A DNA stretch of 63,317 nt, the filler included, from Guillardia theta CCMP2712 (taxonomy: Eukaryota > Protista > Cryptophyta), in NCBI RefSeq assembly GCF_000315625.1. It is 9 parts of 9 records of this genome, joined end to end, with 100 filler letters (N's around TTAATTAATTAA, not from the genome) between each part and the next. Parts side by side here need not be neighbours in the genome. Positions count along the whole stretch, not along the records: positions 1 to 4,219 come from NW_005434176.1; positions 4,320 to 8,185 come from NW_005434132.1; positions 8,286 to 24,562 come from NW_005434660.1; 6 more parts are not named here. One strand, given 5' to 3'. The notes below the pieces were generated by a model that did not search any database, had not been told where the DNA came from, and saw only the letters and a program-made list of their open reading frames with translations. Shown here one piece after another: positions 1 through 13,172 of this stretch. The position numbers were made by a program, and so were the translations under genes. Each line of letters starts with the position of its first letter. Position 1 is the first letter of the stretch.

Positions 1-205
1 CAGTCTGTTCTTGGAGCTTGTGCAACTTGACGCTTGTCTGACTGAGAAACCGCACCGCTCCGCGGGGGCGACCGAACCATTGCATCCTAAGACCCACTCT
101 CCCCCCTACATATCCCAAGCCCTCCCCCCTCCCTTCCTCCATCCCCAACGCCCTTGGTCGCCCATCTCTCCCAGCCTGCATTCCTATCATCGTATCCCCA
201 TCCTC

Positions 206-256
<51 letters not shown>

Positions 257-356
257 TGCTTCCAGCCCCGGATCCTCCTCCGCCCCTTCCGCCCCCTCTC
301 CCCCGCTGATCCTCAACACTCTTCCCCTCTGTTTCATCAGTCTTCCCTCTGCCGTC

Positions 357-683
357 ATGACCTGCATGGCTCTCGTCCCGGCTGGCTGCGAGCAAGCAGC
401 AAGCTCCGCGCATGCCTCCTCATGTCCGGACTCCGTCGCCGCTCCCGCACACCCGCCCGCCCGCCTCCCCGAGGGCTCTCCTGCATCCCCGTCGATCTCC
501 CCCGCCGGCGGCGTCGAGGAGCACAGCTCCTACTTCCACGTGCTCCAGGCGACCGGCAGGACGATGGGCCCGTCGATCGACGCCATGGGCAACTTCATCC
601 TCTACGCCCCGACCCGCCACGGCCAGGCGGACCAGACAGGCACCTCCCTCATCTCCACCGGCGACACCCAGAAGCAGCGGTAG
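357..683 (+). CDS. Hypothetical 108-aa protein in the tandem unit, copy 1
   Basis: ATG-to-TAG ORF with C/G-ending codons, preserved in all copies. No recognisable domain. Confidence 0.4.
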   Translation: MTCMALVPAGCEQAASSAHASSCPDSVAAPAHPPARLPEGSPASPSISPAGGVEEHSSYFHVLQATGRTMGPSIDAMGNFILYAPTRHGQADQTGTSLISTGDTQKQR

Positions 684-3585
684 GAGAAGGCCGTGAGGTA
701 GCGTAGGAGGACGGGCCGGAGGAGCGGTGTGTGTACATGTAGAGGAGGAGGAGGCCGCTGTGGGTGTATGCGATGAATAAACAACCGAGTCACCATCCCC
801 TCGTCTACACGGCGCGCGTCGGGTCTATCCGCTTCCATCATGATCGTCACGGGCCTGCCGACTTTGCAGTGCGGCTGTCTAGGCGATGGGACTCCCGGAG
901 AGATGGGAGCTGGGGCCTTCGCTGCCTGCCACAGGCAAGCAAGGAGGGTCCAGGCTCCCAGCTCTGACCTTCGACGCCGACCATGCGGGGGCTGCCCGCC
1001 TCTTTACGGTTGATCGGCCTGGACTCGCCGAGTCGGCCGGCCTCAGTCCCCGACGGTGACAAGGCCCTGAGGCTCCAAGCAGGCAGTTCCCGCCCGTCAG
1101 GTTCCAGTCTCCCCCCCGGACTGGCGAGCCCTCGCAGCGGCCCGCCGGGGCGGGATACACTGACCGCCCGACTTGGCAGGCGCTCCAGCCGCTGACCATT
1201 AGTATCGCCTGGTCACGTCGAGGCATCGGCAGTGATTGTCTGGATCAGCCTTCTCTGACTGACAGAACACACCCCTCCGCGGGGATCTTGTCACTCGCTC
1301 GGCCCCCGTACGGTCTCAGTGGGTGTACAATCGGACAGCCGCGACCTCCCGGCTCTTGCCTCCATCTCACACAAGACTCAACCCGGCCCTGTCCGATATC
1401 GCATCGCCTGGACCCTATGAGCCCTGCCAGACCGTGACCGGAGCCCTGCCAAGAGCGCGACGCTTGAGATGTCCGGAGGCTCGCTCCTCAAGGGCTTACA
1501 GTCGCTGACGGACTCTATCGCCTGGGCACGTCGAAGCAGAGGCTGCCGTTCAGAGATATTCCTTGGCCCCGCGACCCGGCTCAGACTCCCATCTCGTACT
1601 CCCGATACTCCCGGGAGAGAGCCGGAGACCGTGCGGGAGGTCAGGGTTTCAACCAATCAGCACTCATGGCGCGATACTCTTGATCACGAGCCTGNNNNNN
1701 NNNNNNNNNNNNNNNNNNNNNNNNNNNNNNNNNNNNNNNNNNNNNNNNNNNNNNNNNNNNNNNNNNNNNNNNNNNNNNNNNNNNNNNNNNNNNNNNNNNN
1801 NNNNNNNNNNNNNNNNNNNNNNNNNNNNNNNNNNNNNNNNNNNNNNNNNNNNNNNNNNNNNNNNNNNNNNNNNNNNNNNNNNNNNNNNNNNNNNNNNNNN
1901 NNNNNNNNNNNNNNNNNNNNNNNNNNNNNNNNNNNNNNNNNNNNNNNNNNNNNNNNNNNNNNNNNNNNNNNNNNNNNNNNNNNNNNNNNNNNNNNNNNNN
2001 NNNNNNNNNNNNNNNNNNNNNNNNNNNNNNNNNNNNNNNNNNNNNNNNNNNNNNNNNNNNNNNNNNNNNNNNNNNNNNNNNNNNNNNNNNNNNNNNNNNN
2101 NNNNNNNNNNNNNNNNNNNNNNNNNNNNNNNNNNNNNNNNNNNNNNNNNNNNNNNNNNNNNNNNNNNNNNNNNNCCCCGTCGATCTCCCCCGCCGGCGGC
2201 GTCGAGGGAGCACAGCTCCTACTTCCACGTGCTCCAGGCGACCGGCAGGACGATGGGCCCGTCGATCGACGCCATGGGCAACTTCATCCTCTACGCCCCG
2301 ACCCGCCACGGCCAGGCGGACCAGACAGGCACCTCCCTCATCTCCACCAGCGACACCCAGAAGCAGCGGTAGGAGAAGGCCGTGAGGTAGCGTAGGAGGA
2401 CGGGCCGGAGGAGCGGTGTGTGTACATGTAGAGGAGGAGGAGACCGCTGTGGGTGTATGCGATGAATAAACAACCGAGTCACCATCCCCTCGTCTACACG
2501 GCGCGCGTCGGGTCTATATCCGCTTCCATCATGATCGTCACGGGCTGCCGACTTTGCAGTGCGGCTGTCTAGGCGATGGGACTCCCGGAGGGACGGGAGC
2601 TGGGGCCTTCGCTGCCTGCCACAGGCAAGCAAGGAGGGTCCAGGCTCCCAGCTCTGACCTTCGACGCCGACCATGCGGGGGCTGCCCGCCTCTTTACGGT
2701 TGATCGGCCTGGACTCGCCGAGTCGGCCGGCCTCAGTCCCCGACGGTGACAAGGCCCTGAGGCTCCAAGCAGGCAGTTCCCGCCCGTCAGGTTCCAGTCT
2801 CCCCCCCGGACTGGCGAGCCCTCGCAGCGGCCCGCCGGGGCGGGATACACTGACCGCCCGACTTGGCAGCCGTTCCAGCCGCTGACCATTAGTATCGCCT
2901 GGTCACGTCGAGGCATCGGCAGTGATTGTCTGGATCAGCCTTCTCTGACTGACAGAACACACCCCTCCGCGGGGATCTTGTCACTCGCTCGGCCCCCGTA
3001 CGGTCTGTGGGTGTACAATCGGACAGCCGCGACCTCCCGGCTCTTGCCTCCACCTCCCACACGACTCAACCCGGCCCTGTCCGATATCGCATCGCCTGGA
3101 CCCTATGAGCCCTGCCAGACCGTGACCGCAGCCCTGCCAAGACCGCGACGCTTGAGATGTCCGGAGGCTCGCTCCTCAAGGGCTTACAGTCGCTGACGGA
3201 CTCTATCGCCTGGGCACGTCGAAGCAGAGGCTGCCGTTCCAAGATATTCCTTGCCCCCCGCCCCCGCCTCAGACTCCCATCTCGTTCTCCCGTACTCCCG
3301 GCGAGAGCCGAGACCGGCGGGAGTTAGGGTTTCAACAAATCAGCACTCATGGCGCGATACTCTTGATCACGAGCCTGGTCGCTCAAAGTTTACTCCTTGT
3401 GCAACTTGACGCATGTCTGACTGAGAAACCGCACCGCTCCGCGGGGGCGACCGAACCATTGCATCCTAAGACCCACTCTCCCCCCTACATATCCCAAGCC
3501 CCTCCCCCCTCCCTTCCTCTATCCCCATCGCCCTTGGTCGCCCATCTCTCCCAGCCTGCATTCCTATCATAGTATCCCCATCCTC

Positions 3586-3624
<39 letters not shown>

Positions 3625-3727
3625 TGCTTCCAGCCCCGGATCCTCCTCCGCCCCTTCCGCCCCCTTTCCCCCGCTGATCCTCAACAACACTCTTCCCCTC
3701 TGTTTCATCAGTCTTCCCTCTGCCGTC

Positions 3728-4054
3728 ATGACCTGCATGGCTCTCGTCCCGGCTGGCTGCGAGCAAGCAGCAAGCTCCGCGCATGCCTCCTCATGTCCGG
3801 ACTCCGTCGCCGCTCCCGCACACCCGCCCGCCCGCCTCCCCGAGGGCTCTCCTGCATCCCCGTCGATCTCCCCCGCCGGCGGCGTCGAGGAGCACAGCTC
3901 CTACTTCCACGTGCTCCAGGCGACCGGCAGGACGATGGGCCCGTCGATCGACGCCATGGGCAACTTCATCCTCTACGCCCCGACCCGCCACGGCCAGGCG
4001 GACCAGACAGGCAGCTCCCTCATCTCCACCGGCGAGATCCGGAAGCAGCGGTAG
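3728..4054 (+). CDS. Hypothetical 108-aa protein in the tandem unit, copy 3
   Basis: Paralog of 357-683 with a few C-terminal substitutions (GSSLISTGEIRKQR vs GTSLISTGDTQKQR) and intact frame. Confidence 0.4.
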   Translation: MTCMALVPAGCEQAASSAHASSCPDSVAAPAHPPARLPEGSPASPSISPAGGVEEHSSYFHVLQATGRTMGPSIDAMGNFILYAPTRHGQADQTGSSLISTGEIRKQR

Positions 4055-5419
4055 GAGAAGGCCGTGAGGTAGCGTAGGAGGACGGGCCGGAGGAGCGGTG
4101 TGTGTATACATGTAGAGGAGGAGGAGACCGCTGTGGGTGTATGCGATGAATAAACAACCGAGTCACCATCCCCTCGTCTACACGGCGCGCGTCGGGTCTA
4201 TCCGCTTCCATCATGATCGNNNNNNNNNNNNNNNNNNNNNNNNNNNNNNNNNNNNNNNNNNNNTTAATTAATTAANNNNNNNNNNNNNNNNNNNNNNNNN
4301 NNNNNNNNNNNNNNNNNNNTAGTCGAGCTATGGGACGAGCACATCTCAGCTAAGAACCGTCAGCTGGCAGGCCTGCTGGGCCCTGACCAGGGACAGGCTT
4401 CTTCCTTGCCCAGCAGGCCTTCAGCTCGGCCTCCCACCCCACCTGCATGCAGGTCAAAGTTCCTGTTCCCCAGGGGTAGGGCGCTGGAGTACCAAGTGCA
4501 GGCAAGCGACCGCTCTCTCACCCTCTTGCCCTTGTTTGCCTCCTCCCTCCCCCTCCACTTCCCCCTCCCTCCCCTTCTACGCTTCATGGATTTTCTTCTG
4601 CTTCCTCCTTCCTTCCTCCTCCCTCCGTCCTTGCTTTCCCCTTCTCGCTTTCCCTTCCTCTTTCCGCTCCTCCTCTCCTCTCCTACTCTCTCACCCTCCT
4701 CTCTCACCCTCCTCTCCTCTCTCTCCCCTTCTTTCCTCTCTCTTCCTCTCATGTACCTGCAGAGGCTCTCCATGGCTCCTTCAACTCTCTTCGCCACGGA
4801 CTACCAGGCCCGCGGGCTCTCTGCTCGTGGAATGGCTCGGTTAGGCCCCAGCTGAGCTCCCAGCTCGCTGACTCCCCGCAGGTCAAAGTCGCTGATCGTT
4901 ACCAGCTCGATCCCAGCACAGACTACCCGCCTGCCGCTGCTTGTCAAACCCCACAAGGTGACAAGTGTTGTTGCCGCCGAGTTGACAGGCTCCCTGACTC
5001 GTCAGCAGGTCCTCCAGTCCGCTCGCTCCTTCGACCAGATTCGCCTGGGCGGAAACCTCTGACCTCCCTCCCGGCGTGCCAGGTGTACCTGTCGTGCTGG
5101 CCCGTGCTCAGCGGCTGCTGAGCCAGGAGCTGCCAGCGCAGTTGACTAGTTTCCGGAGTGACTCCTCATGACAAGCGGCACGTCAGCGGACTGTCTCAGT
5201 CTTGACCCTCCGAGTACTGCTCGGAAACGATGTCGACAAAGTTTCATTCTCTCTCTCTGCGTAGCGCTGAAGGCTTCTTTTCCTTTCTGCTCCTTCCCTT
5301 CTTTCCTTTCAAGTTCCGTACTTCAAGTAAACAGTGTCACTGCGACCAATATTCCACATCCTTCAAGACAGTGTTTGTTGTAAGTTACTAAACTCTTGCC
5401 GTCAGTAACAACGTGACTG

Positions 5420-6400
5420 ACGCGCGGGTACGGTCGAGCCAGGCCCTCGGGTTCCCGGGGCCCTGTTTGCCTCACCGGATGGCCGGGCCGCCCCGCCCAC
5501 AGGCGGCCCGCAAGCGGCCCGGGCCCAGGGGGGCGCAAACTTGGCACTCAAATACGCGACGGTCACTCAAATAACGCCCCCCCGCCTGGAACTTCGGAAC
5601 CTGCCGCAGCCTCGGTGCTCGGCCCACTAAGAACCTGCCCCGGCAGTCGGGACCCCGGTAAGTAGGCCCGGCCCGGTACTCAGTAGCCTACGGACTCAGT
5701 ACGCCGGTTAGGTACGAAAGTTCGGCCAGTTGGAAGGGCCAAGAGGTGGGATGAGGGGATATGTAAAAATATTGAGTGATGAAAGTAGGGGTGAGGGTTA
5801 TTTGGCAAGGGGTCCAGGTACCCCCATGGTCATGAGGTACCCAGGAGGGCGTACTGAAAACTTCATAAGTGAGGGGGTACTTCAGGACAAATTCCAGAAA
5901 AGGGGGTGAGGGTGTTGAATATGTTTCCAAATAACTCAGTGGGGTGGGTGGGGTGGGGCCGCTTATGTATACGAGGATCCTCAGGAAACAGGTGGGGTGG
6001 TCAAATGTGGAGGCCATATGAAAGGGGTGGGGTGATATTTTGGCACCTTCTATGGGGGTGGGATCCTCAAGCAGTACTATTGGTGTGTGTTTCTACAGGT
6101 GCTGGGGGTAGTCAATGACATAGGAAGACGTGGAAGGGTCCTACTGGGTTGTAGGACCTTGTGCTAGGGGGTTGTTCCTCTGTAAATTGTAGCTTTCGGG
6201 GTATGGTAACCTGGAGGGGTGATCGTGAGAGACCATCACCGGTGGTATCCGATCCCCTAACGACCACGATTGGAGTGGAGCTAGGGGCGTAAAGGGGTAG
6301 GGTAATGGTATTAGTAGTCCAAGGGGGTAGATGGACGAAAAATGGGGGTGGGGTGGTTCAAGTTAGGTATACCGGGGTGGGTACAGCTGTGTTGTATGAG
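5420..6400. other. GC-rich short-palindrome island (5420-5710) followed by a GGGT-rich non-coding tract
   Basis: CCGG/GGCC/CTCAGT-rich block, then ~650 nt dominated by GGGT, GGGGT and GTAC words with no credible ORF. Confidence 0.6.
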
Positions 6401-6700
6401 GCCGCAATGGCGATGCAGAGGAGAGGAATGCGGAGGCAGATCAGGAGGAGGAGGAGGAGGAGGAGGAGGAGGAGGAGGAGGGAGGTTAAAGATAGACGAT
6501 CATACAGAGATCAAAGGGAGAAGATTGGATGCTGGAAACTATAGCTGTGTCCAGGAGGAAAACTGGGAGGTTAGGATGGAAGGGAAACGAATCCTGGAAC
6601 AGGTCAGTGGTTGTAAACTCAGCGAGAGCATGTGAGGGAGCAAGGAAAGAAGACAGTAGGGAGACATGATTATGACGGTATGTATGCAGTCTCTTCCAGC

Positions 6701-8030
6701 ATGCAGCTCCTCATGTGCCGGGGTTCCTCGAGAACACTCTGCACCATCGCACTGCTCATCCTCCTGGTCGACTTTCCGGACAAGATCTCCGCCTTTCAGA
6801 CTGGACCCGTACAGGTAGGAGGAACAGGAGGGGTGGGAGGACGAGAGGTGCAGAGGAGGGTTGAGGGTCAGATGAGAGGAGGGTGGAGGCAAGGGAAGCA
6901 GGGCGGAGACCAGGAAATGGAGGGTGTGGAAGAGGAGGTAGCAAGGAGGAGGAAGGGAGAGGAGGAGAGGAGCTGGAAGGAGAGGAGCGGCAAGGAGAGG
7001 AGCGGGAAGCAGATGACATAAGCTCCTGGAGTTGCAATCGGCTGACATGCTGGGTAGGCGCCTGGACTGAGAAGCTCCAGGAGATGTTCGACCACGATGA
7101 ATATGAAGTACGAACTGCGATACTCGATGTTTGACGGCGACGATGGTTGTGTGAAAGTCTTGGCGGTGCGATCGTCAGAGGGATGAAAGATGTTGTCTTA
7201 TCCGATCATCTCTGCTCCTGACGAGTTGAGATGTTTGTTGTCTTATGGTTTGCTGCAGGCCCGAACAAGAGAACAAGGGCAAGAAGATGAAGACCGCGGT
7301 GGCCAAAGGTGAGGCTGAGGGAGGGGAGCAGAGGGTAGATGTAGAAGTGCTGCGTCACTGGAAGACTGGAGCAGAGGGTATATGTAGAAGTGCTACGTCA
7401 CTCGAAGATTGGAGCAGGAGAGGGGAGCGAGAACAGGAGAGGGGAGCGAGAAGAGTAGAGGAGTGAAGAGGATTGTGGGCAGGGGAACAGCTGGAACGAA
7501 AGCTGATCGCAGTCTTGTACAGTTGCTTCCATCCTGTCCGCTTTCACCGTCAGCTCTGCCACCGCCTTCGCTTCTCCGACGGAACTCAAGGACAGTCTCG
7601 CTGACGAGGTGGAGCTCGTTCAGGAGAAGGATGCCTTGACCAAGGTAGAAGGGAGGAGGAGCTGAGTGGCTGCTGGAAAGTTCGTGAGCCTTCCGCAGGT
7701 CAAGGACGCCCTGACAAGCATCAAGATCGATGAGGATGTGAGTTCTTTGCCCTCCGGCCTCCTTCCCCGCTCCTGCTCTCGCTCTTACCGGTCTCGCTAC
7801 CCTCAACCTCTGCTGCTTCTACCTGTCTTCCTCCCCCTTCTCCTGGGCATCTTGCATCTGACTACTCACTGACTTGTGTTGCTACAGCTGAGTCAGAAGG
7901 GAGCAGCTGCTGTCGTGGTGGTGCTCGCAGTGCCCGCACCCGTCCCTTCCTCATCCCTTCACAGGCTGCGGGAGCAGGCGGAGTGTTCATGCTCAAGAGA
8001 GGAGATGGAGGTGCGATAGCCTTGAGGATC
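6701..8030 (+). CDS. Possible multi-exon hypothetical gene(s) with an N-terminal signal-like segment
   Basis: MQLLMCR...LCTIALLILLVDFPDKISAFQ followed by GT donors and short coding-like segments. Structure unresolved. Confidence 0.25.
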
Positions 8031-8044
8031 TCTCAAGTTTCTGA

Positions 8045-8185
<141 letters not shown>

Positions 8186-9500
8186 NNNNNNNNNNNNNNN
8201 NNNNNNNNNNNNNNNNNNNNNNNNNNNNNTTAATTAATTAANNNNNNNNNNNNNNNNNNNNNNNNNNNNNNNNNNNNNNNNNNNNAGCAGAGGAGAGCCG
8301 AGTAGTGGAGAGGAGAGCAGAGGAGAGCAGAGTAGAGTAGACTAGAGGAGAGTAGAGTAGAGTAGAGTAGAGTAGAGTAGAGGAGAGGAGAGTAGAGGAG
8401 AGGAGAGTAGAGTAGAGTAGAGGAGAGGAGGAGTAGAGTAGAGGAGGAGCTTGACATGAATCTCATTTCTCAGCTCGCTCTCTTGTGACTGTGCCAGCTC
8501 TTTCAACTTCTTCATCCCTTTGACCTGTCAGGTGAAGTTGCTCACCTACTACTCTAATTGTCTCCTCCTCTCTCACCGCTGACGCATGCGCCACTGCCGA
8601 TGACTGCACGAATGCAGCGCATTGAATCCTGATGGAAGATGATGCGACGAGAAGAGAAGGAGACAAGAACGCAACAGGACAACAGAAGAATCCAGGGAGA
8701 AGAAGAAAAGGAGGGGCAGGAGAAGGAAGAAAAGGAGGGGCAGGAGGAGGAAGAAGGGGGGGGAAAGGAGGAGAAGGAGGAGAAGGAGGATTACCTCAAT
8801 ATGCTGCAGGTCTTGTCGACGCTTGTGCTGACTTCCGCTAACGCGTCCTCAAGTATTGCAATCTGAAAGACTTAGCGGGACAAAGGGACAAGGAAAGAGA
8901 GGGAGGGAGGGAGGGAGGGAGGGAGGGAGGGAGGGAGGGAGGGAGGGAGGCCGGGCGGGCGGGCGGGCGGGCGGGCGGGCGGGCGGGAGGGCGGGCGGGC
9001 GGGNNNNNNNNNNNNNNNNNNNNNNNNNNNNNNNNNNNNNNNNNNNNNNNNNNNNNNNNNNNNNNNNNNNNNNNNNNNNNNNNNNNNNNNNNNNNNNNNN
9101 NNNGGCCGGCTGGCCCGTCAATGCTTGGACCTCTAGGGTGGAGACTTCGTTGTTGTGAAGGGAAGCCTAAGCAGCGGTGGATCAAACGTAAGGAGGAGGA
9201 GGAGGAGGAGGAGGAGGAGGAGGAGGAGGAGGAGGATGGCGGCGAGGGGTTACAGTCTCAGGTCGATGCTGAGAGGAACTCAGACTTCTTCTCAGGTTAG
9301 CAGCCTGTTCCCAAGTTCAGACTCTCTCCCCACTCTCCTTTCTCTCTCTCCACCCCCGGCCTTCCTCTTACTCCTCCTCCTCCTCCCCCTCTCACTTCTC
9401 GGCTGCTCATCTGCAGTTCGTCATCCTTCTGCTTGATCAGCGCCTGCAGCTCCTCCAGCCTTCACGTCGTCACCAGCACGAAACAACAACCTCCTCGCCG

Positions 9501-10814
9501 TCACCGCAGCCGAAGTCGATGCGTTTCATCCTCCTCCTGCTTCTCCTCCTGCTTCTCCTCCTGCTTCTCCCTCTCCCTCGTCTGCTTCTCTTTCTCCTCC
9601 TCTCGCTCGCTGATTGACTTGAACCTCATCAGTTGCAGAGCATCAAAGGAGGACAAGCCCTACCGGATCTTCCGACACCGGCTGGTCTACCCACATCTGC
9701 GGATTTCCCAGCACCGGCTGGTCTGGTTGTTGTCTCTCGTCTCCGCCCTTGACGGTTTGTGTGTGAGCGTCGAGGCATGAGGGTGAAGTCTGAGAAGTCT
9801 GAGACGAGGAGGAGCAAGTCGCGGGTCGATGCAGCTGCTGGCTCATGATCTTGCTTTCACACAGAGATCGCTCCATTTCCCTCATTCGCTCTCGCAATTG
9901 CCTGCCATGTCCACAGCTCGCTTCCTCCTCCTCCTGTTCCTCCTCCTCCTCTCACCTCGTCTCCTCGAAGGAAGTGTTGAGCGCTTCCAGCAGTCTCTTC
10001 CGCTCATTCTCTCTCCTCACGCTGTGAATGGCGTCAGGTTGGTCGTGGTGAGGAACGAGAACCTGAGCCAGGCCTGCAGCAGTTCGCTCAGCGTCTCCTT
10101 CCTTCGCTTCTCTGCCTTCTCCTTGGTGACCCTCGAGGTCAGACTGACGTCAAGCTCACCCGTGAGTTCACCTCCCCCTCTCTCACTTCCTCTTTTACCT
10201 CCTCGCCCTCACCCTCGCCGCCCATTCGCAGAAGAAGCTTCTCTCCCTCCTCGCCAGCGTCTGTTGAGGATGTTGAGGAGGACGGAGGTGGGGAGGGGCA
10301 GTGCAGGGAAGGGGAGGGGAGGGGAGCGCATCACCAGGGCCGGAAGCTTGAAGACAAGTTTCAATGCCATGTGCGATGTCAGCACTTGCTGGCCCGCCTC
10401 CTTCGCCTGCATGAGTTGTTGCGGCTGCTCCTCCTCCTTCTCCTGCAGGAGCTCAACCGAATGGAGGGAGAAGGTCGGCAGACCTTGAGCGACGTCGGGA
10501 GCTCTCGCATGCCTGACGTGATGACGAGGGAGAGCAGCAGCGTTGAGAAGGCGGAGGAGAGAGCCATGACGATCTGACCGAAAGACTTGAGAGCGAGAGG
10601 CGAAGAGAAGAGGGAAGGTGAGGTGAGGGGATGGGGAGGGAGGATCTCTCAGGGGGGGAGGAGGAGTAGACAGAGAAGGAAAAAGAAGAATGGTTGGTTT
10701 GAGAAGGAGGAGGAGCGAGGGGGGAGGGGAAAGGACCTGCAACCCTAGCACGTGGTTGATCGCGATGGACCCAAGAGTGAAGGCGAGGTATCTCCGCAGC
10801 TCGACGACATTCAT
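9501..10814 (-). CDS. Possible multi-exon hypothetical membrane/coiled-coil protein
   Basis: Coding-like segments (MNVVELRRYLAFTLGSIAINHVLGLQ|; MALSSAFSTLLLSLVITSG; MERSLCESKIMSQQL...) separated by pyrimidine-rich GT-AG introns. Confidence 0.3.
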
Positions 10815-10983
10815 GGGAGGGAACTAACGAAAGGTAAGAAAGAACAAGACCTTGCGCTATCATCAAGGTGTTGAAGATATCTCCTCCTCCCTCTCCTTCA
10901 GATTATCATCAACTTTTCTACTTTCATCATCTCCTGACGGCCTCATCCAGTAAACTCTTCCTCAGTTTCTATTCATCCTCGTA

Positions 10984-11037
<54 letters not shown>

Positions 11038-13082
11038 ATCTTCCATCTCTTCGCCGCTTGCGGTCACCAGCCTGTCTTTGGCTCGGGTCTTGTCAATTTT
11101 TTCTGAAAGACTATCTTAGTTGACTGATTTTGCCACGTCGGTGCTGTATGAGGCCCTTCACATCACTTAAAAAAAACGTCAAAATTGATATCTCCGGAAA
11201 TAGATCTGGTGGCTGGGGGGGAATGCGAGGTAGGAGGTGAAGGAGACTGAGCTCAGATCTCGCTGCTCCTCATGGCTCCTCCTGCTCGCCTTGTAGCTGC
11301 TGCTCTCGCAGGTCCACCTCGCAGGCCTCTAGGCCCCGTGACTGTACCCGTGACTGTATGACCCCACAGGAGCCTGCGTGCTGGCATTCGTCTTTGCCTC
11401 TTCTCAACATCATTCTCGTTCGTCGCTTGAGGCAGCAACAAGCTCCTGCTGTCTGCCCTCTGAAGTTTCTCCAGGAATCCACAAGTGACTTGAAGAAGTC
11501 TCAGGCATCGAGACTTCACAGGTGAGCGATGAGCGATGAGCGATGAGCGATGAGCAATGTGCGATGTGCGATGAGCGATGAGACATGTTCAGATATTCGA
11601 GGCTGAAGGAGCTTTCTCGCCACCGAAGTCAAAGCCTTGAAGGTACTGAGAAACGGGACTGCAAGATTGTCTGAAAGAGGTGGAACTCTAGAGTTTCAGC
11701 CCAACATCTTCGAGAAGTTTGTCTTGCCACAAGCGCTGAATCAAGAGAAGAAGCACGTAGCAGGTGCGAGCGAGAGATCGGAGTGATAAGACGTTGACGT
11801 CGAGCCCCCAAAGAAGAGAGACAAGAAGCATCGGAGCGACCAGATGTGGAAGAGGCAGGCGAAAAGGACAGGGAGGATGTGCGGGAGGATGTGCGGTCTG
11901 CAGCGACTTGGAAGCAAGACCCGCTCCTGGTAAGTGCTCGCCCAGTCGCTGGCCCATGAGATCATTTCCACGTACAGATCCCGTCTGTCGATGCAAGCAA
12001 TGGCGGAGTAAACGACAGGCAAGCGAGGGAAGAGGAGGAGGAGAAGTGAAAGCATGGCAGACAAGTGCTGCAGTGGGAGGCAGACTTGGACTGGAAGCTG
12101 CAGCAGGTCGAGGAGGAGAGGAGAGGGCGTGTTGTCAGAGGCGAGGTCATGTTGCTTGCAGATGGACCAGCAGCTGCAGCGAGAAGTTGAGCGAGAGAAC
12201 CGCGAGCTAACGAGGCGGGGCCGCTAGCCGTCTCTTTCTGGCTCTGACTGAATCCCCGATGTTAGGGAGGAGAAGCTTCTGGTGATTGAGAAGGAAAGGT
12301 TGCGTCAAGGTGATAAGTACATGGCCCCTGTCCTCGGCGTTGACTTTGAGGTGTGCAGGAGCTCCGTTGGCGGTACCCATTCTCTTGTTCTCATTCTCTT
12401 GTTCTCATCCTCTTGTTCTCATCCTCTTGTTCTTATTCTCTTGTTCTTATTCTCTCTCTTCCCTCCTCCTTATCTCCCAACGATTTGTAGTTTGATTTAG
12501 TCAGGCTCGCTTCGTCCTCTGTGCGAGCCTGACTAAATCTTCTCCTTCGTCTCACTTCTCACCCAAGTCACCTCCTCTTGTCTGACTCCTGATTGTGTTG
12601 AAATTTGAGGGGTGAATGTTTTAGGTGTGGACAGCATTTGTTTCTCTCGTCTTTCTCCTCTTCCTCCTCCTTCTCTGCTGTTGTTGGAGATATCTGCAGG
12701 TACCCTTCCCCTTTTCCTCATATCCTTCCTTTTCTTCGTTTTCCTTGTCCTCCTCGTCTTTTCCCTAAATGTTTTAATCTACTGTGTACAGCGTGAGCGT
12801 CTTCGGCACGCTTATGCTCCTGCGGAGACACGAGCAAAGACAGTGGAGGTCGTCGACCTCAAGCGAGGTCAGGCGCTGAGGGTCTCGTTCCTGTCTCACT
12901 CTCCTGCGCAGCAGGGAGCACGGAAGCGGAGCGGCAGCTGAAGGTCGGGCTGACTTTTGGTGTACGAAACTGAGAGGAGGCTGGTAGGAGGGGACGCCGT
13001 CTGTCCCGCTCCACGTCAAAGCAGCTCAACTCAATGACGTGAGGCAACCAAGAGATGGGAAGGGACAAGAGAGGAGGACGAA

Positions 13083-13134
<52 letters not shown>

Positions 13135-13172
13135 GGTGGAGGGTTGAGGGTTGAGGGTTGAGGGCGAGGGTT
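13083..13172 (+). repeat. Telomere-like (TTGAGGG)n heptamer tract
   Basis: About 12 tandem GAGGGTT units with two variants. Confidence 0.9.

Larger units (their letters stand above)
18..4219. repeat. Tandem array of a ~1.69 kb GC-rich unit (about 2.5 copies visible, interrupted by a gap)
   Basis: TTGTGCAACTTGACGC recurs at 18 and ~3397. 486-1694 is near-identical to 2175-3376. Each visible unit start carries a (CTGT)n microsatellite and the same short ORF. Confidence 0.93.

Noticed and set aside
4264-4275. TTAATTAATTAA embedded in N runs (also near 8230, 24607, 31280, 47415, 53395, 57651, 61699)
   Set aside because: Artificial six-frame-stop contig linker, not biological. It also means gene adjacency across these points is unproven.
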